Positions 1-12,681 of a stretch of 64,000 nucleotides of DNA are shown here, in pieces (position 1 is the stretch's first letter; every line of letters starts with the position of its first letter). The position numbers and the translations under genes were made by a program. The DNA is taken from positions 124,565,741 through 124,629,740 of the forward strand of contig CM041465.1 in assembly GCA_023213395.1 (NCBI GenBank). The letters run 5' to 3'. This DNA comes from Cycas panzhihuaensis. Taxonomy: Eukaryota > Plantae > Cycadophyta. The notes under the pieces were generated by a model, which saw only the letters and a program-made list of their open reading frames with translations, was not told the DNA's origin and ran no database searches.

Positions 1-2527
1 TGTCTCACCTTGATGAGAGTAGATTTATTCCTCTTATAGTAAAACACTTTCAAGTTCATTGAAAGTCATTACACCAAGTGTGTCTTCTCATATGATCAAA
101 AAGATGAAGTTATTATACTCCCTTGCTTATGCATGAAGTGTGGTAGTCACAAGGTTATCTTTTAAAGCTGGTTTCCCAAGTATGGTTAACTCATTATTGG
201 TCTTTTTGATGGAGGACAAAAATATTATTATAGACTCAATATATCTCAAAGTGAACTACTTGGATTGTATTATTATAATGTAAGCATCATCTTGCCTTTT
301 GTATAATATAATTAATATATCCCAAGCTTCTTTAAAAGTATAAGCACATGTAGTGTTTTGATCAACAATAAAATCTACAATCATATGAAGAAATGCTAAG
401 GCTATTTCATCCTTAGCTTCCCAAGTATCAATTAAAGTAGGATCCAAATAAATGATTACATTTCTTTTAGTTGGACTTTTAACAATAATATGTTTAGGAT
501 TTTTTCCAAATATATATGCCTAAAATTCATTCATAATCAATAATTTTTTTATTTGTTTCTTCCACTCTTGGAAGTTATCTTGACCTTTTAACTTGATAGC
601 ACATGCATTAAGCATATTAATAGTAGCTATAATGTTAAAGTTGATTAAAAATGCTCTTGAAGCTAGTAGATAACTTGGAGGCTTAATGCTTTTATTGCTT
701 AAGTTCCACTTTATAATACAATAATAGCCCTAATCTTATAAAGAAGATCTAATACCTAAAGAGACTGATGAGAGATGAAGGGTTATGCAATGAGTTACTC
801 TAACCTTTATCTTTCAAATAGATACAATAATTGGCCAAGCTAAATTTAGAATAAGCTAGGTAAAGTTTATCTACACAATATACAATACTTTCCCTAGAGT
901 TTAGAGCTCTAATAACACCTTTTTCAAACCTCCTTTTTTCTAAGAATGATCTCAATTATCATGTATTAACTGTATGGTTAATTAGTCCCCTAGGGAGTGC
1001 ACTAAGCTTGAGATATTGAGGTAATGTTTGAACCTTTTCCTAGCCCATCTAATAAATATTTTAAGCAATTTTTAAGGGTTTAAGTTGATTAAGATAAATT
1101 AGTTAAGTATGATGATATTACTACTTTACAAATGCTTGAATAAACTTGATATAAAGACTTAAAAAATAAGCTATTTAAGTGATAAACTAAATACTTTAAG
1201 TGTTTTACAAAGAGCACTTAAAAAATTAAAAGGTACCAAATATCAAATAAAATGATGCTTGCTTATTTGTTACGCTTAAAGTGGGTTCATTTTAAAGTGA
1301 AAAAATAACCACTAAATGCCACTTTTAATCATGTGCACCAAAAGAACATAGCACCATGATAATGTAGGACTTCAAATAGTCTTAACTCACTCCAACATAA
1401 GTATTTTTTAATTAAAAAAATGATTTTTTTATGCCCTTTTCAATGACTGGGGGACAAAGGATACCTTGCAGGGAGCCTTAAAACACTTGTATGACATGAA
1501 GTTTTTAATAATAAGTATAAAAGATATCTAAAATCACTTATTTTTGAGTTACATAATATACTTAAATTTTTTTTAATGTGTTACTAAACTAAAAACAATG
1601 AAAAAGTGAGTGTTTGGCTTACAAATAATGAAATATTATTAAAACCACGCTTAAAAAGTAAATTTTATATAAATAAGATTTATTAAAAATAAAATATTTA
1701 AAGAATATTCTTATTTTAATAACCTAGAGTCGAATTACAAAGTCAAAAAAGGTTTTTTTTTTAAAATGTGATGAGTGGGCAATAATTAAGCAAAAATGCA
1801 AATGCTTAGCTGATGATATCTTCTCACTCAATGATCGATTCAACTTGAAATTTTAGGGGATACCATGCTAGGTGCTAATGATGTAGCTTAAGTTTCATGG
1901 TGTTTCATTGAGTGTTGAGTGAATATAGAGTAGAGGAGGTCAATAGAAGGTACATGGATAGTTGAGAATAAATTAGACAATTGCCACTTCAATACTTAAT
2001 CACATAGGGTAAAACCTCTTTCTCTAATATCTGGAAAAGGCAAGACATAACAAAAGAGACTCATGATGTAGTCTAACACATGTAATGAGTGAACAACGAT
2101 TTTCTCTTTGTAAAAATCTTCCTAACTATGAGAGAAATCTGTCCAATATTTAGTGGAATCCACCCAAGTCTAGGTACTAGTTGAGGAGAGCAGAGTATAA
2201 AGGATTTAAAGTTAGAAAACTATTGATCACTATGAAAACCTATAAATTTATTGAGAAAAAACCTACAGAATAAATTTTATTTGTAGAAAAATTTAAAAAA
2301 AAGTAATTTTTATATATTTCCTCTATTATATGTATATAAATTAAGCCCTAAAAAAAATAGAAACTAAATTTATTACTTTTTCGCCCTTAAAACCACTTTT
2401 AAAATAAAAAATAGAGTTAGAGAAGATCAAATATAGCCTTAGATCACATTTCAAGAGCAAAGGTCATTACCAAGGGTTTGGAGTCTCTCCTTTAAGCCTG
2501 AAAATAGTAGATGCTCCTCTCTAAGTA

Positions 2528-2539
2528 GCTTTGATACTA
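2528..2539 (-). promoter_or_regulatory. Primer-binding site (tRNA-iMet), degenerate, element G
   Basis: Minus strand TAGTATCAAAGC vs consensus TGGTATCAGAGC (two G>A changes), 2 nt from the LTR end. Confidence 0.7.
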
Positions 2540-2541
2540 AA

Positions 2542-3099
2542 TGTTAAGTTAAGCATTTAACTCTAATATAAAATAATGAAGAAAATAATTTAGGATCTCT
2601 TGGAGAGGGAGTGTGTTAAGAGACTAAGATGATTAACATCACATCTATAGCAGTAGATAAAGGAGTAAATAAGCAAGCATGAATCAAGCATATGAAAAGC
2701 ATAAGATATAAAGGAGTAAGAATTGACCCTTACTCTAAATGAACAAGATTAACTTAGATTCAAAATAGTAGTATAATAATATAATACTTACACTCTTGTT
2801 TATTACATGAGTATTGGCCTTAATATATAGAGATGGAGGAGAGACCTTATGAGGCTTGATGTTTGATAAGTATCAAACATCTAAGCTATACCCTTTGTAT
2901 GTGGAATAAGTGTCTTTTGAGCTCTCTGATAAGTAAAAGTACATGAAGGGTACATTGACCCTCAAGTCACAATATTGTACTACTAGAAAGAATGTGGGTA
3001 TGTACTTTATCACATTAGGTAATAAAACACCCTTATATAAAGTATATTAAGTTGTAATATAAAGTACATTACTTAGCATTTAGACATAAAGGTTTAACA
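2542..3099 (-). repeat. Putative 5' LTR of element G
   Basis: Begins TGTTAA (2542) and ends TTAACA (3099), a terminal inverted repeat. TATA-like CTCTATATATTAA on the minus strand near 2820-2832. PBS adjacent. The partner LTR is outside the window. Confidence 0.55.
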
Positions 3100-4860
3100 C
3101 TAATTGAGTAACCTAAAGAGGAGTTTAAAAAGGATTGGAAGTAAGAAGAGTCTATTAGTGAAGAAAATTTGTCATAAATAATTGAATAAGATAAAGAAGA
3201 AATACATCATATATAAAAGCATGATAATAGGAAGGATGAACACCTAGAGAAGTAATTAAGAGGGGAATCAATTAAGATATAAGGATCAAGCCATGAAGAA
3301 TCCAATATAGAATGGATTATATAAGAATCTAAATAACAAATCAACTCAAATTAGGTACTTATTAAGAATTAAAATCTTGCTTTTTGTTATTTTATTCCTT
3401 ATTGTAGTTTTATAGTTACTCTTGAATCTCCACATCATATGACTAAAGAAGATCCCACATCCCCCACTTACTAATAATTTGTAAGTGATATGCATCCTTG
3501 TTAGTAATAAAATATACCCAAATCTCCCATTAATCCCTAACTCCCTTTATCTTTTAAATTGGTTGAACTCCATCCTCTTTACCATGCTCAACTTTCTTCC
3601 TTTTGTTTTTGCCCATCTCTTATATTATTTCATGGTCTACATAACCAATTCCTTTATCCTTTTATTACCCCTTTACATACATCACCCTTTAGCCTTGCTC
3701 CTAATCGAAACTAGCCTTATCCTCTTACCTATTATTCCTTTACTAATATTTCATGCATTAGGTACCCTAACCTCATCCAAAACATATGTCATCCTTTTCC
3801 ATTACTTCCCTCATATAAATTGTTACTCCTTAAACATCCTTTATATAGACCTCTACTACCTAATTTATCTCATTATCATTATCTCCTATTATTATTGCTT
3901 AACCTTTTTTTCCCCCCTACTTGTTCTTATCACCATTCCTAACTATATCAACTAATTATCATACCCTCTTATCTCTTGATTTTCTCTTATAAAACCTCCA
4001 CACCCCTTTCTGCTTGATTTCCTATTACGTTTACCTTGTTATCCTTACTCTATATCTCCCTCTTATTCCTTTGTAGTGCCTCTCACTATATACCCCCTCA
4101 TTCCTTCTCCCGCCCCCAAAATTAGCCTATTTTTCCTCTAAGTTCTCACATTTAACATATGACCATATAAAACCCCAATTATATCATCCATTATATTATG
4201 ACCAACTAATTTAATTCTAAAATTCTAAATACCCCTCTTATATGTTCTAATCTTATCTATTTTTTTTTTAAAGATTGTCCTCCTATTCCTTATTCATTTC
4301 TAAATCAATTAGATATATGAGATCCATATTTTGACACCCATTCCTACTTTGTTCTAAGGAAAACTTCTATTACTATAATATGGAAGAAAGATACACGATC
4401 TTCACCAACCTGAAACCTCAACATATAGGTTACAAGTACTAATAAAACCTACAAAACCCACTAATATTCTATGGAAAGATTCTAAGAAAAAGGATGTTGA
4501 ATGTTTATAGTTAAAGCCACTTTGGAAACTCAACAACTTCCAAGAGACACATGCATTTTTCCAACCTAATATCATAAGGAATAACCAATCACTAAAGATG
4601 ATCCCTACCATTTATTAAAGCTTAGAAATACTTTAAGGACCTAATAGATCAATAAAGGAGAATGTACTACATATTGACAAGGGTCTAAGCATGACCAAGT
4701 GGATCAAAAAGGGCTAACCCCTAAAAATATGTATAAAGTTTAGGTAGAAGGAGAATCACAATGGAAGTATCATCAGTCTATACTTAAGTTTTGAAAGCAA
4801 AACTCCCTTTTTCAACATGGCAAGGCACGTTACATTCTCATATCTCAAGAAATACCAACT
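3100..4860 (-). mobile_element. Very old L1 LINE remnant (ORF1 DUF4283/zinc-knuckle region and start of endonuclease)
   Basis: Broken minus-strand translations resemble L1 motifs: AMLKKGV (~4800-4825), ACV...SIEY/GFCRF (~4440-4555), LIDSPL (~3260-3275). A purine-rich linker lies between them. No intact ORF. Confidence 0.4.
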
Positions 4861-5090
4861 TTAAATGGAATTGGAATTAATTAAAATAATTAAGGTATGG
4901 TTGTATTCATGCAACTCAAGAAAAATACTAATTCAAAATATAATTTCAAATAATTAAAATAATCAAAGTAAGTTATTATATATAAGCTTGCTCATTAGAT
5001 TTTAAAATCCTAAGTTTATTTTAATTTAGAATATATTTTTTCTAGTACCTTTAGGGTTAAGGATGATTTTGTTGTAGTTTTCTACTATGA

Positions 5091-5457
5091 TGTTGGAAAT
5101 AGAATGGAGCTTTAATAACTAATGTTGGATTTAAGGTATGAAGCTAATATGGACTCAGTAATAAACAAGAAGTGATAAGTAAAAGAATGATGAAATAAAG
5201 TATAAGAATGATAAATGATATACAAAGTTAGATATAAAAAAGATAAAAGAATGACTAAACTTTAAATTATGTAAAGATGCTATATATATTTATAATACAA
5301 CTCACCACATGTGTAAGCACTCTCAAGGTCAGCTATTGTGTATTGTTACATATTTTTATATGGCACATAATTTCATTTGACTTATAATATAAAATATAAT
5401 AAGAAAGTAAAATATTATGAATGGAGTCATTTATGTAATTGGATATTACATCTAATA
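5091..5457 (-). repeat. 3' LTR of element E
   Basis: Aligns end to end with 12315-12676 (e.g. TATTTATAATACAACTCACCACATGTGT is shared). PPT is adjacent. Confidence 0.85.
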
Positions 5458-7278
5458 TTCCCCTCTATAATAGATAATTATATAAAAAATATCACACTAA
5501 GTAAAAAATATGAGTTTTTAAATATGTTGGAATAAACTACTGCAAATAAGATAAACTACTATTGATGGTTATATGAAGTGTACTCCATCCATCTATTAAT
5601 ATGGGTGGCCAATTATTATAACCACCAATTAGTTATGATGTTTGTTCGTGTATATGGTACAATTAATACCAATTCAACTTTACATAGGGAATACACCATC
5701 CTATATAGTCAACAAGTAAGATGATAAAGAAATATGCAAGAATAACTAAATAAAAGTCCCATGTCTTACTAATATGGAATAAACTAAGCAATTATTATTG
5801 GTTATAATGGCTAAAAAATAGAATGAAAAGGCTCTATAGACCTTTAAGGGATCCATGGCCTCAAACACACCTCAATATATATTAAACATACTACTATGGA
5901 CTTATAATGACTATTATGGGCTCTCAATTACCTCTATGGGCTTACATATGTCTAGAATATTATCATAAAAATAAGTGAAAAAAAAGATGTGACTCTAATA
6001 CACTAAATAATAACTCTTTCTAATGGTGAAATTTAATAATTTTTTACTAAATATGGTTCTTTAAAGCCTAAAATAAGCTTAGCTAACAATTTTTACATTC
6101 TCCCTCTCTTCATTTGGGGTAAATTATAATAATATAATGGATAATAAATGAAATAAAACCTTTAAAAATATATTAATGTGCCTAACCATGATGAAAAAAA
6201 TATTTAAAAATAAGTTAAAAAAAGAGAGTTTAGGATAAAATGTCTGCACCGAATAGGCTCCAAACAATGTTATACGACTTACCAAATCAAAGCTCTCTTA
6301 GTTACAAATCCAACACAACTAACATAACTGAAATTAGAGTCTCTTAACTCAAGTTATGAGCAAAATAATGATAATGACTCCTTATAGATAGAAAATCAAG
6401 AGCTTAACCCCTTTTACACTAAAGTTGAGGTCACATGGGTATTGACTATCTAAGGTGCTAGAATATTCTAAATAATATTAAATCTAGTTAAATTTAGATT
6501 TAACATTATGAAAAGATTAAATCTCACTCAATTCTTTTTGTTCATGCATCTAATAGACTCTAAATCATAATGAAAAATAATTTAATTTAGTCTTTCAAAT
6601 ATAATTTTTTTATGTATAACATATCTTTGTAAAAAAAATTAATCAAAAAATGAATGATGTCATTGTTGGGTTTTGATTTAAAAAAATGTATAGGTCGAAT
6701 GGTGATGGAGATTTTATCTTCTAGATTTTTGATTATTGAGCCATTTGCTTTTATTTCTACTTTGCATTCACACGTCATTCTTAGATGCCTTGTAGTATCT
6801 TTTTCATTTTACAGGAAACTTCCTTATCATATGGTTTGACTTCTAAGTAGTGTCAATTTCTTTTGAATGCTAGATCATATATCAGTCTACTTGTCATATT
6901 ATCCTTTTATTTTGGTTATCGTGGGCCTTCTCAAATTCATCACCATTGTGGATTCTAGGCTTTATTCTCTATGATGGGAGGTGAACCTCTTGTATTTTAT
7001 ATAATCTACCTCTCCATTTGTCTAGAGTGTGGTTGTGGTTTGCTATATTATTTATCAGTTTGAGGTTACTTAAGAGTTTGATGCCTTTATATAATGATGT
7101 TCCTATTTATTAACCTCTTTTCCTATGTCAATCAATTGCAACATATAGTGGCTATTAAACACGTAACTAGTTGCCTTTGTGAGGCCTCTTTTCTATGTTA
7201 CATATGTTGTCTTATTATCTTTAGAGAGCTAAACCCTTTTAGTTTTTTATAATATCTTTCGTTTCTTTTATTCATGTT

Positions 7279-7802
7279 TGTTGGAATATGTGATATTTTT
7301 ATATATGTAATATTTTATATAAGGTTATGGTACTGCATAATCTTATATTTAAAAATATTATTACATATGACATGCACATATATTCATATACAAATCCTAT
7401 TGAATGATAAAAAGATTCAAAGATATTATAGGCTATTCATGAGGTGATATAATCTATAAATATGTATACACACCACTTGAGAATATGAGAAAGGTCAAGA
7501 AAAGATTAAGCTTGGAGATGTAGACATTTGAAGATCATAATAAAGAGGAGCTCCCAAAGACTTTAGCCTTCTCTTATGGTTTTTTCCTTTTGGGTTTTCC
7601 GTATATAAATCTATTATCTCTTCTAGTGCATGCTTATTAATATTATAATGATGTTCATTACACTATGTTCATAATATTGCATAATATATCTATATTACAT
7701 TACATAAATTCTATATACAATCCTCATGATATGATTGATATACTTCCGCTATACATAATAAATATATCCTAACATGGTATTAAAGAATTCAAAATTTTAA
7801 TA
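7279..7802 (+). repeat. 5' LTR of element D (524 bp)
   Basis: Colinear with 10888-11412; starts TGTTG. Confidence 0.85.
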
Positions 7803-10188
7803 CAGTATTAAAGCTATGGTTGCAAGCCTATTAGAGCTATGGTGATATTGCAAGCCTATATAAGCTAATTACAAAGCCAGTGCAAGAGCCAATATGAGAA
7901 GACTATTCAAAGAGCTAAAACTCGATTATGCTACTAATACGAGATTAAGATTTTGGGGCATGATGAAGTTGATTCAGAGCCACATATAAGAGATAAAACC
8001 ACATAATGATGAATAATATCAAAATTGATGTATATGTTAATTATTAACTTTATGGATATTAATTCATTTTAAGCATGTTGTACACATTCTCTATAGACAT
8101 ATAGGTGTTAAAGAAGTCCATTGAATAATGAGGAGAATAATTACTAGTTGCATTCATCAATATAAGTTGCCCCCCTACAAAGGTGAGTGAGGTTTTGTGA
8201 AACTAGTCATTTCCCCAAATCTTATAATTAATAATAATATATACACTCAAGATTTTATAAGAATATGATAGCCCAAGAAAGATTAATTACCCTGTAAGAG
8301 TGAGATAAAAATCCAATAGGCAATACCCCATCAATGTAAGTAAAATAAGTGATAAGTCTACACTAATTATTATACAATAGGTTATTGAAGAGGTATGTTG
8401 ATCTGTTTTAACATGCAACAACATAAGCATAGTGATATAATTGTTATAAGGATGTAAAATGCATGGACATAAAATAAGGGTTTATATAAAGCTTGTTTGG
8501 TAGAATCTTATATATATTATGGTAGTGATTCTGATTATATTAAGAATTTTAAACAAGTGTTTGATAGTAAAGATACAACACTATTTATAAATATTAAAAT
8601 AGGTGTGCCCAACTGAGTTTGTGAGAGAAGGGTTTCATCTATTATGCAATCTAGGAGGTTAGAAGATGCAAGCTTATAAGATATTATTATTTGGAATTCC
8701 CATACGCCTGGTAAGAGATAAGTCATGAATAGAAAATGACCAAAATTGATTGATTAAGGTTTTACATAGAATCAAAGAGAAGATAGTGGGTGTATTTACT
8801 ACAATGTATATTGATTAGAAACACTTATGGATTACATATATATGAGTTGAGCAATTTTACATTTTGAATAAGTGATACTTAGGGACTAAAAATTCTATCA
8901 TGAATTAGAGTCAATTGATCAAAATTTATACTTAGCTACCAACTAATATTATATTCATCAATTGAGTTATTATTTGGTAATTTCAAAGAAAACTAATTCT
9001 ATGCTTTTATAATTGGCTCTCATCATCACCAGCCCCTCATATGCCACCTTTTATTGATCTTCAATATTACCTCATGAACAAAAAAACAAGTTGTCATAAA
9101 TTCAAGGATTCAATAAATTGGTGGTCTTCAAACTATACTTCTCATGTAGCATGGAGCTTGATTAGGTTTCAAGCCCACTACTCAAAAATATTATCACTGA
9201 GTTAAGTAACCACCCAACATATGAAGAGCATGTTTAAAATAAGATTCCCTACATGAAGAGCGCCTTTACCACTAGTCTATATTACTTGATACACAGATGC
9301 TAATAATCCATCCCATGAAAACTTAAATATGATGTAGCCTTACTTTGTTTAAATTTAGACTGCCAAGTTATTTATTGTCTTTATAGTTTCATTCATAAGA
9401 TGCGTAATGTACCCTACATTATTGTGGATATCTAAATTATAGTTCATAGAAGAAATAATAGAGATTTGATATCTATCTATCTATTTATATATGTTTCATA
9501 GTAACTTATTACTCAACAAAATCACATGGATGCTCAAACCCTAATGATAGAAAAATTTGATAACATGATTTATTTTTTTCGTGGTAGTTTATTGACTAAT
9601 GTTAAATGTGTAGTGCAAATAATGTAGAGAATATTATAGATGTTAAGGTTGACATAGGGTGGCATATTATTTATTGATATACATGTTACACCTTGAGGAT
9701 CTATATAAAGAGATCTAGAGTCTATTGTAATTGATTTATTCCATATCAATATAATCAATTAACCTTTTAGTGGGGGGTTTTTACTAAAAGATTTTTTCAT
9801 GTAAATCTAGACCTAATTTAGATGATGATAACAACACTTATTTAATATTAATGAAGGGTCAAATTATTATTTATAGTTATTTATTGGAGAGTTGATAAGT
9901 TGATGATGTTATTACCCACCTATTATTATTTACTTAGTATCAAAATCATAATTTAAAAGTGTAGATGATATGAGATGTATGTTTATTAGTTGAAAATCTG
10001 ACTTACTATGCTTGATAAAAGGAATAAGAATATACTATTTACATTACCTTGTTATAACTAACTTGACTTGGCTAGGTGGTACTCCCTATTCTTGGAATTA
10101 GTATGTTTAGTTTATTGATTTGTTAATATTGATAACATTTATTAGTTGCCAAAAGAAAATGGTAAGTATATATAGATGGAGGAAGCGT

Positions 10189-10189
<1 letters not shown>

Positions 10190-10224
<35 letters not shown>

Positions 10225-10227
10225 ACA
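10190..10227 (+). repeat. (CA)n microsatellite
   Basis: Direct read of the CA run with one interruption. Confidence 0.95.
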
Positions 10228-10887
10228 TCTATATCTATATCTTATACATAAGAGGTAATAAAAAGTTTTACAAGCTACTCTTATACAATACAATAGGCAT
10301 TGTTATTCTTGTATGCAAAATGTTAGATATTTATGTTACTTTTATACAACATATTGGATTAACAATGAGTCTTGTTTTATTTGCTAATAAACCACATATG
10401 AAAAATAACTTCCTAAAGAACTAGCAATTACAATGATTACTTCCCCATGCATTTTAGTAGATAATTATTATTTTATATAAAGATCAGTATTCCTTTTTAT
10501 TCATGAGATTAATGAGATGATAGATTGATAAGATTGATTAATTGTAACTTTACACATAAAGATGAAGTTGTTGAGGAGAAAATTTCATATAAGCTAACAA
10601 GTAAAAGTCATAAATTATAATTGATTACTATTTGATAATGATTGATGATTGATTTATAGGTTTTCAAGTGGTTGATAATGGTTCTTCATAACTGGTCACT
10701 GATGATTATAGTTGACTACAGATAATCATAAGATAATAGCTTATAGGTTATAGGTGATATAGATTAGTTCTATTTGATATAATTTAATTCAGATTTATAC
10801 AACTTGATATAGATTTGATATAGGTTTATAGGTTCTAGCATATAAGAAAAGCATAAAGAATTGAAGACATTAAATATTAAGGGGGAG

Positions 10888-11412
10888 TGTTGAAATATAT
10901 GATATTTTTACATATATAATATTTAATATAAAGTTATGATATTGTAAAATCCCATATATAAAAATATTATTAGGTGTGAAATGCATATATATATGTATGT
11001 ATAAATCCTATTAGATCATAAAAAGACTCAAAGATATTTAGGCTATTCATGAAGTGATATAATTTATAAATATGTACACACACCACTTAAGAACTTGAGA
11101 AAGGTTGAGAAAGGATTAAGCTTATAGATATAATCATTTAAAGATTATAATAAAGAGGAGATCCCAAAGACTCCAACCTTCTCTTATGGTTTTTCCCTCT
11201 TAGGTTTTCTACTTATAAATCTATTGTCTTTTATAGTGTATGCTCATTAATATTATGAGAAATGATATTATATGATATATTTATATTACATTATATGAAT
11301 TGTATATATAATCCTCATGATATGATTGATTTATTACATATGATTGATATGGTTCTACTATGCATGATGGATACATTCTAACATAGTATTAGAGAATAAA
11401 AAAAATCTAATA
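10888..11412 (+). repeat. 3' LTR of element D (525 bp)
   Basis: Colinear with 7279-7802; immediately after the PPT. Confidence 0.85.
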
Positions 11413-12284
11413 ATATTTGCTCTGGTGTACTATATTAGAAGTCATTAAGAAAAACACGTCTCATTTTTTAATTTTATTTTCCAAAACCTCTATTGTATAA
11501 TAGAATCTCTAGTGAAACATAATCTTTTAACTCTTTATAAGACACATTTTCACCTTTTAAAGTATGCTTTCAATAATATATAATTTATATATATTAATTT
11601 CAATCAAACCCTGAAGAAAAAAAAAATTACAGAATATGTCATGGCAGGAAAAAACATTATTTCAAATAGGCATTAAAGACTTTTTTTTGTTGTATTTTTT
11701 TCTATTATATAAACAATTATAGAAAAGACTTTTTGACAAAAATTTATAGGCTTATAATTAACAAAAGATCCCAATTATGGGACACCTATAAAGGCCTATA
11801 GGATGAAGCATAAATATTATTATAAAAAATCCATTTTTTTTTTAGCAATAGAGTTACTACCTCTAAATGGTGATTAGGCCTATATGAGTAGTTGATCTAC
11901 TTTGAAAAATAGTAGCTTCAAATATACCTTTGTGACCTTGAAAAGTAAACCTTACATTAAAATTTCATTTGGCTAGCTTCATGCAAAAGAAGCATTCTTT
12001 CAATATATAAATTGCTTTTATTTTTTCCATGAAAAACTTCTTTTTATAGCTTTAAAACAATAATTAAACATAACTAATAATATAATAAAACAAACCCAAT
12101 AATATTTAAAAAAATATTAGTAAAACAACCCTTAAGATGTGCATAAAAATACAACAAAATGCAACTTTTAAAGACTTGAATATGACTCTTCAAATAGACT
12201 AATCATGCAATGAAATTAGGTTCTTGAAACAACATAAATAAGGCTTTAAAATGATCAACAAATAGGCTCAAAAAATAGTCCTTA

Positions 12285-12312
12285 AGGATTTGAACCTTAG
12301 GCTTTAATACCA
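12285..12312 (-). promoter_or_regulatory. Extended tRNA-iMet primer-binding site of element E
   Basis: Minus strand TGGTATTAAAGCCTAAGGTTCAAATCCT vs complement of the plant tRNA-iMet 3' end TGGTATCAGAGCCAGGTTTCGATCCT. Confidence 0.8.
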
Positions 12313-12314
12313 AA

Positions 12315-12676
12315 TGTTAGAAATAGAATGGAGCTTTAATACTAAATGTTGGATTTAAAGTGTGAAGCTACTGCGAACTTAACAATAAACAATAAGTGCA
12401 AGTAAAAGAATGATAAAATGAATCATAAGAATGATAAATTATGTATATGTTAGACACAACAAATGTGGAAGAATAACAAAGCTTTAATTATGTAAAGATG
12501 ATATACATATTTATAATACAACTCACCACATGTGTGAGAACCCTCAAGGTTAACTTTTGTATATTGTCACACTTTTATATAGCACACAATTTAAGGTGAC
12601 CTATAATATAATATATAATAAATAAATGAGAGAGTATGAATGGGGTGAATCATATAACTAGATATTATGTCTAATA
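12315..12676 (-). repeat. 5' LTR of element E
   Basis: Aligns with 5091-5457; followed on the minus strand by the PBS. Confidence 0.85.
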
Positions 12677-12681
12677 TATAA

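Larger units (their letters stand above)
1..3099 (-). mobile_element. Ty1/copia LTR retrotransposon 'G', 5' part only (5' LTR, PBS, ~1.9-kb leader, gag remnant running off the window start)
   Basis: Minus-strand translation near 630-256 gives a copia gag N-terminus (AIKLKGQDNFQEWKKQIKKLLIMNEF*AYI; ORF 256-447 ...WEAKDEIALAFL...KEAWDIL), similar to the gag of element F at ~60808. Degenerate iMet PBS at 2528-2539 lies next to TGTTAA at 2542. Confidence 0.7.
7279..11412 (+). mobile_element. Non-autonomous LTR retrotransposon 'D' nested in E (possibly Bianca-lineage copia derivative)
   Basis: LTRs 7279-7802 and 10888-11412. PBS-like CAGTATTAAAGC at 7803-7814; PPT AAGGGGGAG at 10879-10887. TSD ATGTT (7274-7278) / ATATT (11413-11417). 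The internal ~3.1 kb has only faint pol traces (YTDA near 9290), so the lineage call is weak. Confidence 0.85.
5091..12676 (-). mobile_element. Non-autonomous (internally deleted and decayed) LTR retrotransposon 'E', containing nested element D
   Basis: Direct repeats 5091-5457 and 12315-12676. PBS on the minus strand at 12301-12312; PPT AGAGGGGAA at 5458-5466. TSD TATGA (5086-5090) / TATAA (12677-12681). Its own internal region is only ~2.7 kb, with a faint integrase-like LIVPYT remnant near 5650-5670. Confidence 0.85.

Noticed and set aside
745-757. PBS-like GATCTAATACCT close to G's gag, suggesting a short leader
   Set aside because: Weak match and not directly adjacent to a TG terminus. 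The PBS at 2528 with a TIR-bounded LTR fits better, though this site is not fully excluded.
3485-3955. 156-aa hydrophobic ORF resembling a membrane protein
   Set aside because: It is the antisense shadow of a purine-rich, decayed LINE linker. Low-complexity L/I/Y/F composition with no family motif.
9600-9836. Possible short solo LTR inside D (TGTT...AACA, TATA, hairpin-like motif)
   Set aside because: No convincing TSD and no second copy in the window.
10176-10424. 82-aa ORF with a TH repeat
   Set aside because: Translation of a (CA)n microsatellite.
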